Below, piece by piece: positions 1-8,572 of a stretch of DNA of 57,457 nt. A model generated the notes under the pieces. It worked only from the letters and a program-made list of their open reading frames with translations. It did no database searches and was not told where the DNA came from. The first letter of the stretch is position 1. The number at the start of each line of letters is the position of its first letter. The position numbers and the translations under genes are program-made. Source of the DNA: a virus (taxonomy: Duplodnaviria > Caudoviricetes); IMG/VR virus record IMGVR_UViG_3300032224_000443, positions 1 to 57,457 of that record. One strand, written 5' to 3'.

Positions 1-339
1 CAGCAGTATCTTTACGAACATATTCTTAAAGGTGATCAGGGTGATGGTATTCCTAATATTCTTTCTGATGACGATACGTTTGTGACCGATAAACGTCAAA
101 AACCAATGACACAAAAAAAAATTGAATCATTTAAATCTGAAGGTATCTCACAAGAAATGCTTAAGCGTAATTTTGCACGCAATGAGATGCTTGTAGACTT
201 ATCAAAGGTACCTGATAACATTAGAAATGGCGTTATTAATAAATATAATGAAGAAAATGGTAAAGATAGAAGTAAATTGTTTAACTATTTTATTTCACAT
301 AATTTAAAACTTTTAATGGACAGTGTAGGTGATTTTTAA
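1..339 (+). CDS. rnh: T4-type RNase H / 5'-3' flap exonuclease, C-terminal part (5'-truncated)
   Basis: Frame 1 is open from base 1 and reads QQYLYEHILKGDQGDGIPNILSDDDTF...RNEMLVDLSKVP...LFNYF, the helix-3-turn-helix GD.GDGIPN motif and C-terminus of T4 RNase H. The ORF-track start at 82 is internal. Confidence 0.9.
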   Translation, partial: QQYLYEHILKGDQGDGIPNILSDDDTFVTDKRQKPMTQKKIESFKSEGISQEMLKRNFARNEMLVDLSKVPDNIRNGVINKYNEENGKDRSKLFNYFISHNLKLLMDSVGDF

Positions 340-340
340 C

Positions 341-766
341 ATGTCAAATTTCGTTTTTAAAATGCAATCTGTATCTAAATTTTTAGAACAGGTTAATGAA
401 CTAAAGAAAAAAGAAGATAGAATTGCAGCATTACAAGCAAATGGTCATAATGCAATTAAAATTATTTTAAAATATATGTTTGATCCAAATATCAAATTTC
501 TTCTTCCGGAAGGTACTCCCCCTTTTAGAGCCAGTCAGTTTGACGAGCCAAAAGCTTTAATGCAAGAAGTTAGTAGATTTTATCTGTTTATTGAAGGTGG
601 CAATCCACATTTAAAGCCAATTCGACGAGAACAAATTTTTATTCAGATTTTAGAAAGAGTGAATGAAGATGATGCTAAATTACTTTTGGCTATGAAAGAT
701 AAAAAGAGCCCATACAAGGGTATAACCGCAGAAATTGTAAAGGCTGCATATCCGGAGTTGTTCTAA
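341..766 (+). CDS. Conserved T4-like phage hypothetical protein (DUF6433-like)
   Basis: FDPNIKFLLPEG.PP ... RREQIFIQILE ... DAKLL..MKDK ... YKGIT motifs typical of the gene following rnh in T4-like phages. Start could be 341 or 362. Confidence 0.65.
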   Translation: MSNFVFKMQSVSKFLEQVNELKKKEDRIAALQANGHNAIKIILKYMFDPNIKFLLPEGTPPFRASQFDEPKALMQEVSRFYLFIEGGNPHLKPIRREQIFIQILERVNEDDAKLLLAMKDKKSPYKGITAEIVKAAYPELF

Positions 767-768
767 CA

Positions 769-957
769 ATGACTAAGACGTCTAAGTATCAAGATTTTGG
801 TATTAAAACTAAGAGCCGTAAAAAAACTTATATAGAAGAAGAAAATATATCTTTTAAAGAAGTAAAACGAGACAAATTTCAAAAACAATATCGTAATTAT
901 GACAATGCTCTTAGAGCTAAAAATTTAGATAGGTTGCTATCTTATGAGGATGATTGA
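769..957 (+). CDS. Hypothetical basic protein
   Basis: 62-aa ORF tightly packed in the operon; stop overlaps the next ATG (ATGA). Confidence 0.6.
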   Translation: MTKTSKYQDFGIKTKSRKKTYIEEENISFKEVKRDKFQKQYRNYDNALRAKNLDRLLSYEDD

Positions 958-1148
958 TGGATAATTTTTTATTTGCAACAGGATATACATCAATAATTTT
1001 CTTTATATCTTATCTATATTGGGCTAGAGGAAGACAAAACGGTATCAATGAAACCGTAGCTGTTTTTAAGCGCTTTGAACCAGAAGCAATGTTTAGAATT
1101 AAACACAAATTAGAGGAACAATTAAATGTCTCAGATGTTGAGCAGTAA
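954..1148 (+). CDS. Hypothetical protein with one predicted N-terminal transmembrane segment
   Basis: FLFATGYTSIIFFISYLYW hydrophobic stretch; GAGG upstream; coupled to the previous ORF. Confidence 0.6.
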   Translation: MMDNFLFATGYTSIIFFISYLYWARGRQNGINETVAVFKRFEPEAMFRIKHKLEEQLNVSDVEQ

Positions 1149-1317
1149 TAATACAGATACAGTTAATATTATTGATGAGTATTATAATCCAAGAAATATT
1201 AGTGAAAAAGCATATCTTCAAGATTTAGTTGAAGAAGAAATGCGTTCTAAAGGCCTTGATCCACTAAATACGAATGATGTCCAAAAGTATTGGGCCTCAA
1301 AAGGTGTTAAGTCTTAA
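1126..1317 (+). CDS. Hypothetical protein
   Basis: 63-aa ORF with GAGG upstream; stop overlaps the next start (TAATG). Confidence 0.6.
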   Translation: MSQMLSSNNTDTVNIIDEYYNPRNISEKAYLQDLVEEEMRSKGLDPLNTNDVQKYWASKGVKS

Positions 1318-1553
1318 TGGCAACTTATACGTTCTATAATACTAAGACAGAAGAATATTCAGACATTAGCATGGCAATGTCTGAATTAGACACCTTTAAA
1401 GAAAACAATAAACATCTCAATCAAATTCCTTCTATGACTGCTATAGCAGACCCAACCAGATTAGGCCTCAGAAAGCCCGATGCTGGTTTTCGTGATGTTC
1501 TTAAACGTGTGAAAAAAGCTAGTGGGAGGGGTAATAAAATTAACACTTGGTAA
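1317..1553 (+). CDS. Conserved T4-like small protein (FmdB-like N-terminus lacking Cys)
   Basis: MATYTFYNTKTEE...NKHLNQ...KPDAGFRDVLKRVK resembles the small gene commonly found upstream of phoH in T4-like phages. Confidence 0.6.
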   Translation: MATYTFYNTKTEEYSDISMAMSELDTFKENNKHLNQIPSMTAIADPTRLGLRKPDAGFRDVLKRVKKASGRGNKINTW

Positions 1554-1569
1554 CTTAAAAAGGAAACCC

Positions 1570-2361
1570 ATGGAAAAGACATCTCGTTCAGAAAAAAGAC
1601 AAAACAGACAACAAAAAAGAAACGAGCAACAACAAGTAAAAAATAATATATTACTTAAAAATATTGGTCCTAAAACAAAAAATCAGGAGACTGTATTTCG
1701 AGACTTTTCCAACGGTAAACATTTACTAGTACACGGGCTTCCTGGAACTGGTAAATCATTTATTTCATTATACCTTGCATTAGCAGAGATAGAACAGTAT
1801 AAAGAATATAAAAACGTCACAATTATCAGATCCACAGTACCATCTAGAGATATGGGATTTCTTCCTGGATCAATTAAAGAAAAATCAAAAATATACGAAG
1901 CACCATATCAAGCAATATGCGCAGAATTATATGGCAGAGGCGATGCTTACGAATTGCTTAAATCAAAGAACATTATAGATTTTCAAACATCTTCTTTTCT
2001 AAGAGGATTGACATTGGACCATACAATTATTATAGTGGATGAATGTCAGAATATGACATACTCAGAACTATGTACTATTATCACAAGAGCAGGTAATAAT
2101 GCCAAAATTATTTTCTGTGGTGATTATAGACAAACAGATTTAAAATACGATGACGAAAAAGTTGGTATATTTCATTTTATGAATATTTTAAATAAAATGA
2201 CAAAATATTTTTCTTGTATTGAATTTGATGAACAAGATATTGTTCGTTCTGGATTAGTTAAAGATTTTATTATTAAAAGATCACAATATGAAAACCCTAA
2301 ACAAAGAATTATGCCTGTGAATGCTGCAAACTTTACTCAAGAATCGAAAATCTTTCACTAA
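1570..2361 (+). CDS. phoH: PhoH-family ATPase
   Basis: PKTKNQ, Walker A GLPGTGKS, RS.VP.RDMGFLPG..KEK, FLRGLTL, Walker B IIVDECQN, GDYRQTD, DIVRSGLV. The ATG at 1570 follows AAGGA and is preferred over the ORF-track start at 1522. Confidence 0.95.
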   Translation: MEKTSRSEKRQNRQQKRNEQQQVKNNILLKNIGPKTKNQETVFRDFSNGKHLLVHGLPGTGKSFISLYLALAEIEQYKEYKNVTIIRSTVPSRDMGFLPGSIKEKSKIYEAPYQAICAELYGRGDAYELLKSKNIIDFQTSSFLRGLTLDHTIIIVDECQNMTYSELCTIITRAGNNAKIIFCGDYRQTDLKYDDEKVGIFHFMNILNKMTKYFSCIEFDEQDIVRSGLVKDFIIKRSQYENPKQRIMPVNAANFTQESKIFH

Positions 2362-3016
2362 ATTAAATTTAACTTTGGATGATACCTTAGAACAAGTTAA
2401 TACAGATTCCGGCAGGTATTATAAAACTCCTGCCGGAGCTCTTTATCCTTCTGTTACTACTGTAACAGGACTTATGGGTCTGGAAGGTATTAAAGCATGG
2501 AGAAAGAAAGTTGGAGATGAAGAAGCTAATCGAATTAGCAGCAAAGCAGCAAGCAGAGGTACTCGAATACATCAACTCTGCGAAGATTATCTTAACAATG
2601 CTGACATTGATATCTCTAAATACGATTATAACGATGCGTTGAATTTTGAAGTATTCAAACCGCTATTAGATAATAATTTAGATAACATACATCTTCAAGA
2701 AACAAGAATGTATTCTGATTATCTAAAGATGGCAGGCACTGTAGATTGTGTTGCTGAATGGAAAGGTAAACTTGCCATCGTTGATTTTAAAACTGCGCGT
2801 AAAGCTAAAAACAGAGAATATATTACAAATTATTTTTGTCAAGCATCAGCCTATGCTATTATGTACGAAGAGCTTTTTAAAATTCCAGTAAGTAGAATTG
2901 TTATTCTTATTTCTGTCGATAACGACGAACCCCAAGTATTTGAAGATAGACGAGATTATTATGTACCTGAATTGCTTAAAGTTCGTGAACAATATAGACA
3001 GCAATATGGAATATAA
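2321..3016 (+). CDS. PD-(D/E)XK superfamily exonuclease (Cas4/lambda-exo-like)
   Basis: GRYY..P...YPSVTTV, RGTRIH, E...AGTVD...IVDFKT, Q..AYA motifs. Confidence 0.85.
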   Translation: MLQTLLKNRKSFTKLNLTLDDTLEQVNTDSGRYYKTPAGALYPSVTTVTGLMGLEGIKAWRKKVGDEEANRISSKAASRGTRIHQLCEDYLNNADIDISKYDYNDALNFEVFKPLLDNNLDNIHLQETRMYSDYLKMAGTVDCVAEWKGKLAIVDFKTARKAKNREYITNYFCQASAYAIMYEELFKIPVSRIVILISVDNDEPQVFEDRRDYYVPELLKVREQYRQQYGI

Positions 3017-3018
3017 TT

Positions 3019-3744
3019 TTGCAATCTAATAATGAAATAATAGCTTATTATATGAATACTGAAGCTTCTCTTATATTAGATAGGGGAAGATTTGAACGAG
3101 AATGGATGGAAGAATCTAAAGCATACAGATGCCTTCCTTTAAGTATTGCTAATCAACACGGATGGGCATTTTATTTAAAAGATGATATACAAGTATCGTG
3201 GGATGGTACAAATAATTTTGATGGTGTAAGAATACATAAAAATTATGGTAATATTGCTAAAAGTATATTTGGTAAAGGTATAATAACATTTAGCATCGAT
3301 TGTATAATCAGAACTCCTCCTAACTATAACATCTATATTACTGGAGCTCCTAATTTTGTTAAACCTGGAGCGCATCCATTATCTGGTGTGTATGAGGCAG
3401 ATTGGGCACCATATACGTTTACAATGAATTGGCAGTTAACAGATGGTTATAGAGTAATTAATTTTAATAAAAACGATCCTATATGTTTCTTTTTTCCAGT
3501 ATTAAGAAATACTGTAGAGGATATGATAATCATTAAAAAACGCATTGATACTAATCCTGAATTATTAAAACAATATAATCAATTTTCAAATAGCAGATCT
3601 AAATTTATAGAAGATAAAATAAAGACGCCCACCTCAGATTGGCAAAAACATTATTTTAAAGGACAATATCCTGATGGATCAAAATGTCCGTTTAATCATC
3701 AAACCAAATTAAATATCAAAACAATAAATGAAAATAATAGTTGA
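3019..3744 (+). CDS. DUF6065-like protein
   Basis: REWM...AYRCLPLSIANQHGW ... G.PN ... L.GVYEADW.PYTFTMNW ... PICFFFP ... WQKHYFKG. Start uncertain (TTG 3019 or ATG 3052). Confidence 0.7.
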   Translation: MQSNNEIIAYYMNTEASLILDRGRFEREWMEESKAYRCLPLSIANQHGWAFYLKDDIQVSWDGTNNFDGVRIHKNYGNIAKSIFGKGIITFSIDCIIRTPPNYNIYITGAPNFVKPGAHPLSGVYEADWAPYTFTMNWQLTDGYRVINFNKNDPICFFFPVLRNTVEDMIIIKKRIDTNPELLKQYNQFSNSRSKFIEDKIKTPTSDWQKHYFKGQYPDGSKCPFNHQTKLNIKTINENNS

Positions 3745-3771
3745 CATTTATAATATAAAATGTTATAAATA
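3741..3771 (+). promoter_or_regulatory. Composite promoter for tmRNA: sigma70-type TTGACA-N17-TATAAA with extended TG, overlapping a T4 late box TATAAATA
   Basis: TTGACA 3741-3746, TG 3761-3762, TATAAA 3764-3769, TATAAATA 3764-3771. Confidence 0.75.
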
Positions 3772-3775
3772 TAAT

Positions 3776-4085
3776 ACTGATGTTGTTGACATCTAGTAGA
3801 ATAGACATTCTGGACGCGGGGGCAGTACCCGCCGCCTCCACCATGGATACATCGGATAGAACCGCTGAGTCGTTTCGAACTACTGGAGCTACTTTATGTA
3901 GGGTGTCGTAAGGACGGTGTATCTTTGATGGGGGCGAAATAGGATCGACAGGTGTAGTAAAGACAAGATCGAGACTGAAGTAAACTCGTAAATGTAAACG
4001 ACAACAATGCATATGGTGCTTACGCTCTAGCAGCTTGAGTCACATGAGCTTCGGAGAGTGTGCTTGGAAACAGAAACACTCTTCA
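3776..4085 (+). ncRNA. ssrA: Two-piece (circularly permuted) tmRNA, alphaproteobacterial type
   Basis: The acceptor piece comes first: T-stem GCGGG/CCCGC with loop GGCAGTA (3816-3832), CGCCTCC-ACCA (3833-3843). Intervening segment 3844-3929. The coding piece starts GGGGGCGAAATAGGATCGAC at 3930, giving a 7-bp acceptor stem with G3:U70. Tag frame 3994-4038 reads VNDNNAYGAYALAA*. Terminal 9-bp hairpin 4053-4084 has loop GCTTGGAAACAGAA. Outer boundaries are approximate. Confidence 0.93.
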
Positions 4086-4137
4086 CTATATTATGTAGAA
4101 TGGAATGTATAATTTATATAATTTGATAGGAGATAAC

Positions 4138-4500
4138 ATGGCTTTAATATTAAAAGGCCCTTCATCTACAGCACAAACAACTGATGAAGGTTCAGAAAAA
4201 ATTGAAACTTCTGTTCCACAACAACCAGAAGTAAAAGAAGCAAAAATAGGAATGGTCGGTAAGATTCTTGGTAGAAAAGAAGCTGTTAACCATCCTTCTC
4301 ATTATGGTGGTAAGGATAATCCTTACGAGGCAATCAAAGTTATAAGAGCATGGGAACTCAGTTTCTCATTAGGCAATACAATAAAGTATATTGCACGTGC
4401 TGGTAAGAAAGATCCTTCTAAGAGAATTGAAGATCTTCATAAAGCAATGTGGTATTTACAAGAAGAAATTAGTAACGAATACGAAAAAACTAACAAATGA
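4138..4500 (+). CDS. DUF3310 protein (T7 gp1.7-like putative nucleotide kinase)
   Basis: VNHPSHY...EAIKVI...FSLGNTIKYIARAGKK...EDLHKAMWYL; ATG 4138 is preceded by AGGAG. Confidence 0.85.
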   Translation: MALILKGPSSTAQTTDEGSEKIETSVPQQPEVKEAKIGMVGKILGRKEAVNHPSHYGGKDNPYEAIKVIRAWELSFSLGNTIKYIARAGKKDPSKRIEDLHKAMWYLQEEISNEYEKTNK

Positions 4501-4730
4501 ATTTAAAAAATATCAAAACTTCATCTGATTTTGCAAAAGAGATCTCTCAATTAGTAACAGATAAAGATATAAGTTTTTTTGATGCAGTAATACATTATTG
4601 CGAAATTAATAATCTAGAAGTAGAAACGGTTGCTTCTATGATTAAACAAAGCACAATATTGAAATCTAAAATACAATATGAAGCTGAAGAACTTAATCTT
4701 ATGAGAAAGACAGCGCGACTACCAATATGA
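4497..4730 (+). CDS. gp33: Late transcription coactivator gp33
   Basis: FAKEI...ISFFDAVIHYCE.N.LEVE.VA..I.....LKSKIQ.EAE.LN......LPI; sits in the canonical gp33-gp59-gp32 position. Confidence 0.9.
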   Translation: MNLKNIKTSSDFAKEISQLVTDKDISFFDAVIHYCEINNLEVETVASMIKQSTILKSKIQYEAEELNLMRKTARLPI

Positions 4731-5299
4731 AACCATTTGAAGCTTATCAACTTTATTCAGCTGTAAAGAATCACTTTACAACTGACTCTTATGATTATTT
4801 TAAATATAATGGTAAAGTAAACGCATCAGAACATACGTTTGAATCTCGTAAAGACAAATATATGTTTTACAAATTATCTAAGCATGAAGATCCTCTAACT
4901 TTTTTAGTTGCTAATTTTTCTGAAGGTAAAAAAGTATGGGTTGGAGATTTATTTGGAGCGGATAAAGAAATTCTTTACAATGATTATTTGCGTAGAAAAC
5001 AATCACTAACTTATATCTTTCAGTCTGATATTGATAATCTTTTGGAAGACTTTGATGCTAATTTCAAAGTAGAAGAAGGTGACTATCCTCATCTACTTAA
5101 ACTTCTTACTCGTAAAAAAATAACCAAAGAAACTTTCATTATAATTCAAGATTGTGTTCGTTTTTTTGGTTCTTGGAATAAGAAGATTACAGATCCAGTT
5201 CTATGGCCTTCTATAGCTATGAACTGCAAGAAATTTAGGCCTTTCATGGAATATGAAAAGACTAAATACTGCGACATGTTAAGAAAGAAATTTACTTGA
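4727..5299 (+). CDS. gp59: Helicase loader gp59
   Basis: FEAYQLY.A.K.HF...YDYFKYNGK...F..RKDKY.F.KL ... FLVANF ... ETF; synteny. Confidence 0.92.
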   Translation: MKPFEAYQLYSAVKNHFTTDSYDYFKYNGKVNASEHTFESRKDKYMFYKLSKHEDPLTFLVANFSEGKKVWVGDLFGADKEILYNDYLRRKQSLTYIFQSDIDNLLEDFDANFKVEEGDYPHLLKLLTRKKITKETFIIIQDCVRFFGSWNKKITDPVLWPSIAMNCKKFRPFMEYEKTKYCDMLRKKFT

Positions 5300-5324
5300 C
5301 ATGTACTAAAACATACTATACACT
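5296..5324 (+). promoter_or_regulatory. Sigma70-type promoter for gp32
   Basis: TTGACA 5296-5301, 17-nt spacer, TACACT 5319-5324. Confidence 0.7.
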
Positions 5325-5372
5325 TAATAATACGATATACATCGTCATACAATCATACAACGGAGAATATAA

Positions 5373-6284
5373 ATGACTATTAATTTTGAAGCACTCAAGC
5401 AGAATCGTAAGTCTTCTTTCGATAAGCTAACTAGCGAACTTTCTAAACTCAGCCAGAATCCCAATCAGGAAGGTGGCAACAAAGACGACGACCGTTATTG
5501 GAAGCCAGACGTAGATAAGGCCGGTAATGGTTATGCAGTTATTCGTTTTCTTCCAGCCCCTACAGGAGAAGATGTTCCTTTCGCGCGTATCTGGGACCAT
5601 GGGTTTCAGGGTGCTGGCGGCTGGTACATTGAAAAGAGCCTAACAACTCTTGGCCAAGCAGATCCAGTTTCTGAATACAACTCCAAGTTGTGGAACTCTG
5701 GTATTGAAGCCAACAAGGCTATTGTACGCGCACAGAAGCGTCGTTTATCTTATTACTCAAATATTTTTGTTGTTAAAGATCCTACTCGTCCAGAAAACGA
5801 AGGCAAGGTATTCTTGTTCAAGTATGGTAAGAAGATCTTTGATAAACTTAATGATGCTATGCATCCACCTGCACAATTTGAAGAGAAGCCAATTAACCCA
5901 TTTGATCTCTGGGATGGTGCAAACTTTAAGTTGAAGATTCGTCAGGTAGATGGTTATCGTAATTATGATAAGTCAGAGTTTGATAAACCAGGTCCATTGT
6001 TTGCAGATGATGCAGATTTAGCAAAGAATATTACTAATATTCATTCTTTACAGGAACTTATTGATCCTAAGCATTTTAAGTCATATAATGAACTTAAGGC
6101 AAAGTTGGAAAAGGCTCTTGGATCTTCTACAACTACAGCATCTTCGCCAGTACAACATGAGGAAGAAGAAGCATTTCAGATTCCTCAGAAGTCAGCTCCA
6201 ATGAAGGAAGCTCCAGTAGCAGCTGCACCATGGGATGAGGATGATGACGATCTTAGCTTCTTTAAGAAGTTAGCTTCCGAATAA
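5373..6284 (+). CDS. gp32: Single-stranded DNA-binding protein gp32
   Basis: DDRYWKP..DKAGNGYAVIRFLPA, HGFQG..GWYIE, NEGKVFLFKYGKKIFDK, NPFD.W.GANFKLKIR.V.GY.NYDKSEF, acidic tail DDDLSFFKKLA; GGAG SD. Confidence 0.97.
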   Translation: MTINFEALKQNRKSSFDKLTSELSKLSQNPNQEGGNKDDDRYWKPDVDKAGNGYAVIRFLPAPTGEDVPFARIWDHGFQGAGGWYIEKSLTTLGQADPVSEYNSKLWNSGIEANKAIVRAQKRRLSYYSNIFVVKDPTRPENEGKVFLFKYGKKIFDKLNDAMHPPAQFEEKPINPFDLWDGANFKLKIRQVDGYRNYDKSEFDKPGPLFADDADLAKNITNIHSLQELIDPKHFKSYNELKAKLEKALGSSTTTASSPVQHEEEEAFQIPQKSAPMKEAPVAAAPWDEDDDDLSFFKKLASE

Positions 6285-6286
6285 CG

Positions 6287-8572
6287 TTAAGGTATTACAC
6301 CTACGTTAGGCATCAATGCACGTTCCATATGAGAAACAACAGGAGCAGTGCTAGGATTACCTCTACTAACTCTATCAGGTCCTCCTCGGAAATTCTGAGG
6401 GGGACTTTGTTGTGATTGATTTATAATAACTGGTGGTGCTCTATCAGCTCTATCAACAGCAGAGTCATTTGATTTTTGTACAAAAGCAGGAGCTGTAGCA
6501 TTTTCAGCAGGAACGATTTTAGATAAATCTATTGCTGAAGATGTTGTAGTATCTGTATATCCAGTAAAATTGCCCATTCCATCATAAGATGGTTCTTGAT
6601 TTGCGACCAATGGCATTGCAGGACCAGCGGCTGCCATAGAATTAAACGATGAAGTTGCTTTAGTTTTAGGTGCTGCGCGATTATCATCCGCTGATGTTGC
6701 ACTTGATTGGTTATTACTTTTAAATGGATTTGGTATTTGTGCAAATTCAGGTAATATTTTATTTACCGAATCAATTTTGTCACCAACCCAAGCTCCAATA
6801 GAATTAGATAAATCGCCAAATAAATTTTTAATTTTATCAATAGCTTCGCTTAATTTTTTACCAATATAACCACCAATGTCAAAACTTAAAACATCGTTAA
6901 TCTGTTTAATAAAATCGGGTCCAAAATAATTAATAATTTTTGTTTTAAAATCATCAAATGCAGTTGTTATAACGTCAGATAAAGTCCAACTATTCCACCA
7001 TTTAATAACGGGATCTAATAACTTTCCAACCTTTGTTTTAAAATCATCAAATGCAGTTGTTATAACGTCAGATAAAGTCCAACTGTTCCACCATGTTTTT
7101 AAACTATCTAACATCTTAGGAACATTATCTTTAAGCCAAATAAACGGATATTTAATAGCAGCTATTAATTGATCCACCATTTGATTGGCTATATCTTCAA
7201 AAGAAAATGAATCTAAAAATGCTGCCGCATTATTAAATCCTAATTTCTTTAATACCCAAGATGTTATATCTTTTATTAGGTCTCCAAATCCACCAATAAA
7301 TTTACCAAAAAATCCTTTCATAGCGCCAGAAATAGCACCTTCTAATCCGCCGTTTTTATAACCTTCAATAGCGCCTTCTATAGTATCCCAGACGCCTTCA
7401 ATAATCATTAATATCTCACCGAGTATTGGTATTCCTTTAAATGCTAATTTAAATCCTTTAGCAAAAACACCAAATGATTTAGAAACTAATCCTACAGTTT
7501 CACCAAAAAATCCAGTAGCTTTGAATAAATCGCCAATTACTTGTACTACTACTTTAAATGGTTTTATTATTTCTCCAATGAAAGAAGTTATCTTAGAAAA
7601 TGTATTAGCAAGATATTTACCAACGTTAACTATGGGTTTTAAAAATTCACTAACTGTTTCACTAATAGTTTCAAATACTTTACCTATTCTACCAGCTAGA
7701 CCTTCTCCGGAAAATAAAGACTTAATTCCGCTTAAGGCCTTCCCCATCAATTCACCTACAAATTTACCAAATTCAATCCATTTGCTAACATAGCCAGTTA
7801 GTATGCCAGCAATAGCACCTAAAGAAAATCCAATCGAATAAACCCATTTCAACCATTTTGTGTTTAAACCAGAATCAGGAGCTCCTTCTTTTTCACCTGC
7901 TCCTACATTAGGACCACCAACTTTTCTATTAGCTTCTCTTGCGGCTTCAATTTGATCTCTTCTTTGTCCAGTAATAGCAGCTAAAATATCCGTTAGTATT
8001 TCACCATTATCTTTTGTAGATTGTAAAATACCTTCCAATGTATCCGATCCACCACCTTCAGATTTACTATTTTTTTTAGATTTAGCGCCACCGCCACCGC
8101 CAATTAATCCCATTACTCCGCCTATTCCGGCAGCATCTAATGTAGCAGCAGCAACACCACGTAAATTCGGAATAGCTCCTACAGAAGCATTTTTAATACT
8201 TTTAGTTACAGCTCCAGCAATATTTCCTAAAGTACTATCTTTAGAACCATCAGAAATTTTCTTCATCACTTTACTTAATGAAGATTTCTTTTCTTTTTTA
8301 ACATTAGATTCTTCTACATCTTCTTTAGCTGAAGATTCTTGTTTTTTAGCTGTAGTTGCTTGTTCTTCTTTTGCGGCTTTTTTCTCTGCATCTCTTTGTG
8401 ATTTAAGTTCTTTTCTTCTCTCAGCAGCTGCAGCTTTTTTTTCAGCAGCTAATTTGGCTTCTTCAGCCAAAGCTTCTTCATACGCTTTTTTGAGCGCTGG
8501 ATTATTAGCAACTTGTTCAGGTGTGAAATCACTGGTTGAAGTCTGCCTAGGCTGTTTGGGTGTTTTAGCCAT
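6287..8572 (-). CDS. Putative tape-measure / baseplate hub protein (gp29-like)
   Basis: 761 aa; charged helical N-terminus, long amphipathic Trp/Phe-periodic helical region and low-complexity C-terminus; directly downstream of gp51/gp26. Confidence 0.6.
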   Translation of the reverse strand: MAKTPKQPRQTSTSDFTPEQVANNPALKKAYEEALAEEAKLAAEKKAAAAERRKELKSQRDAEKKAAKEEQATTAKKQESSAKEDVEESNVKKEKKSSLSKVMKKISDGSKDSTLGNIAGAVTKSIKNASVGAIPNLRGVAAATLDAAGIGGVMGLIGGGGGAKSKKNSKSEGGGSDTLEGILQSTKDNGEILTDILAAITGQRRDQIEAAREANRKVGGPNVGAGEKEGAPDSGLNTKWLKWVYSIGFSLGAIAGILTGYVSKWIEFGKFVGELMGKALSGIKSLFSGEGLAGRIGKVFETISETVSEFLKPIVNVGKYLANTFSKITSFIGEIIKPFKVVVQVIGDLFKATGFFGETVGLVSKSFGVFAKGFKLAFKGIPILGEILMIIEGVWDTIEGAIEGYKNGGLEGAISGAMKGFFGKFIGGFGDLIKDITSWVLKKLGFNNAAAFLDSFSFEDIANQMVDQLIAAIKYPFIWLKDNVPKMLDSLKTWWNSWTLSDVITTAFDDFKTKVGKLLDPVIKWWNSWTLSDVITTAFDDFKTKIINYFGPDFIKQINDVLSFDIGGYIGKKLSEAIDKIKNLFGDLSNSIGAWVGDKIDSVNKILPEFAQIPNPFKSNNQSSATSADDNRAAPKTKATSSFNSMAAAGPAMPLVANQEPSYDGMGNFTGYTDTTTSSAIDLSKIVPAENATAPAFVQKSNDSAVDRADRAPPVIINQSQQSPPQNFRGGPDRVSRGNPSTAPVVSHMERALMPNVGVIP
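6939..7094. repeat. 63-bp direct repeat inside the tape-measure-like gene
   Basis: 6939-7001 and 7032-7094 differ at one base; they encode WWNSWTLSDVITTAFDDFKTK twice with a 93-bp period. Confidence 0.9.

Noticed and set aside
2321-3016. Cas4 as evidence of a CRISPR-related system
   Set aside because: Lacks the four-Cys Fe-S pattern and any array; it is the ordinary PD-(D/E)XK exonuclease found next to phoH in T4-like phages.
3811-3843. tRNA-like 3' half ending in CCA
   Set aside because: No upstream D-arm or anticodon arm. Its acceptor partner lies downstream at 3930, so it is the acceptor piece of the permuted tmRNA, not a tRNA.
3716-4012. 98-aa minus-strand ORF
   Set aside because: Antisense to the tmRNA, with no SD or recognisable motif; treated as spurious.
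6280-6292. Terminator between the convergent gp32 and tape-measure-like genes
   Set aside because: Only 2 nt separate the stop codons and no convincing GC hairpin with a U-tract is visible.
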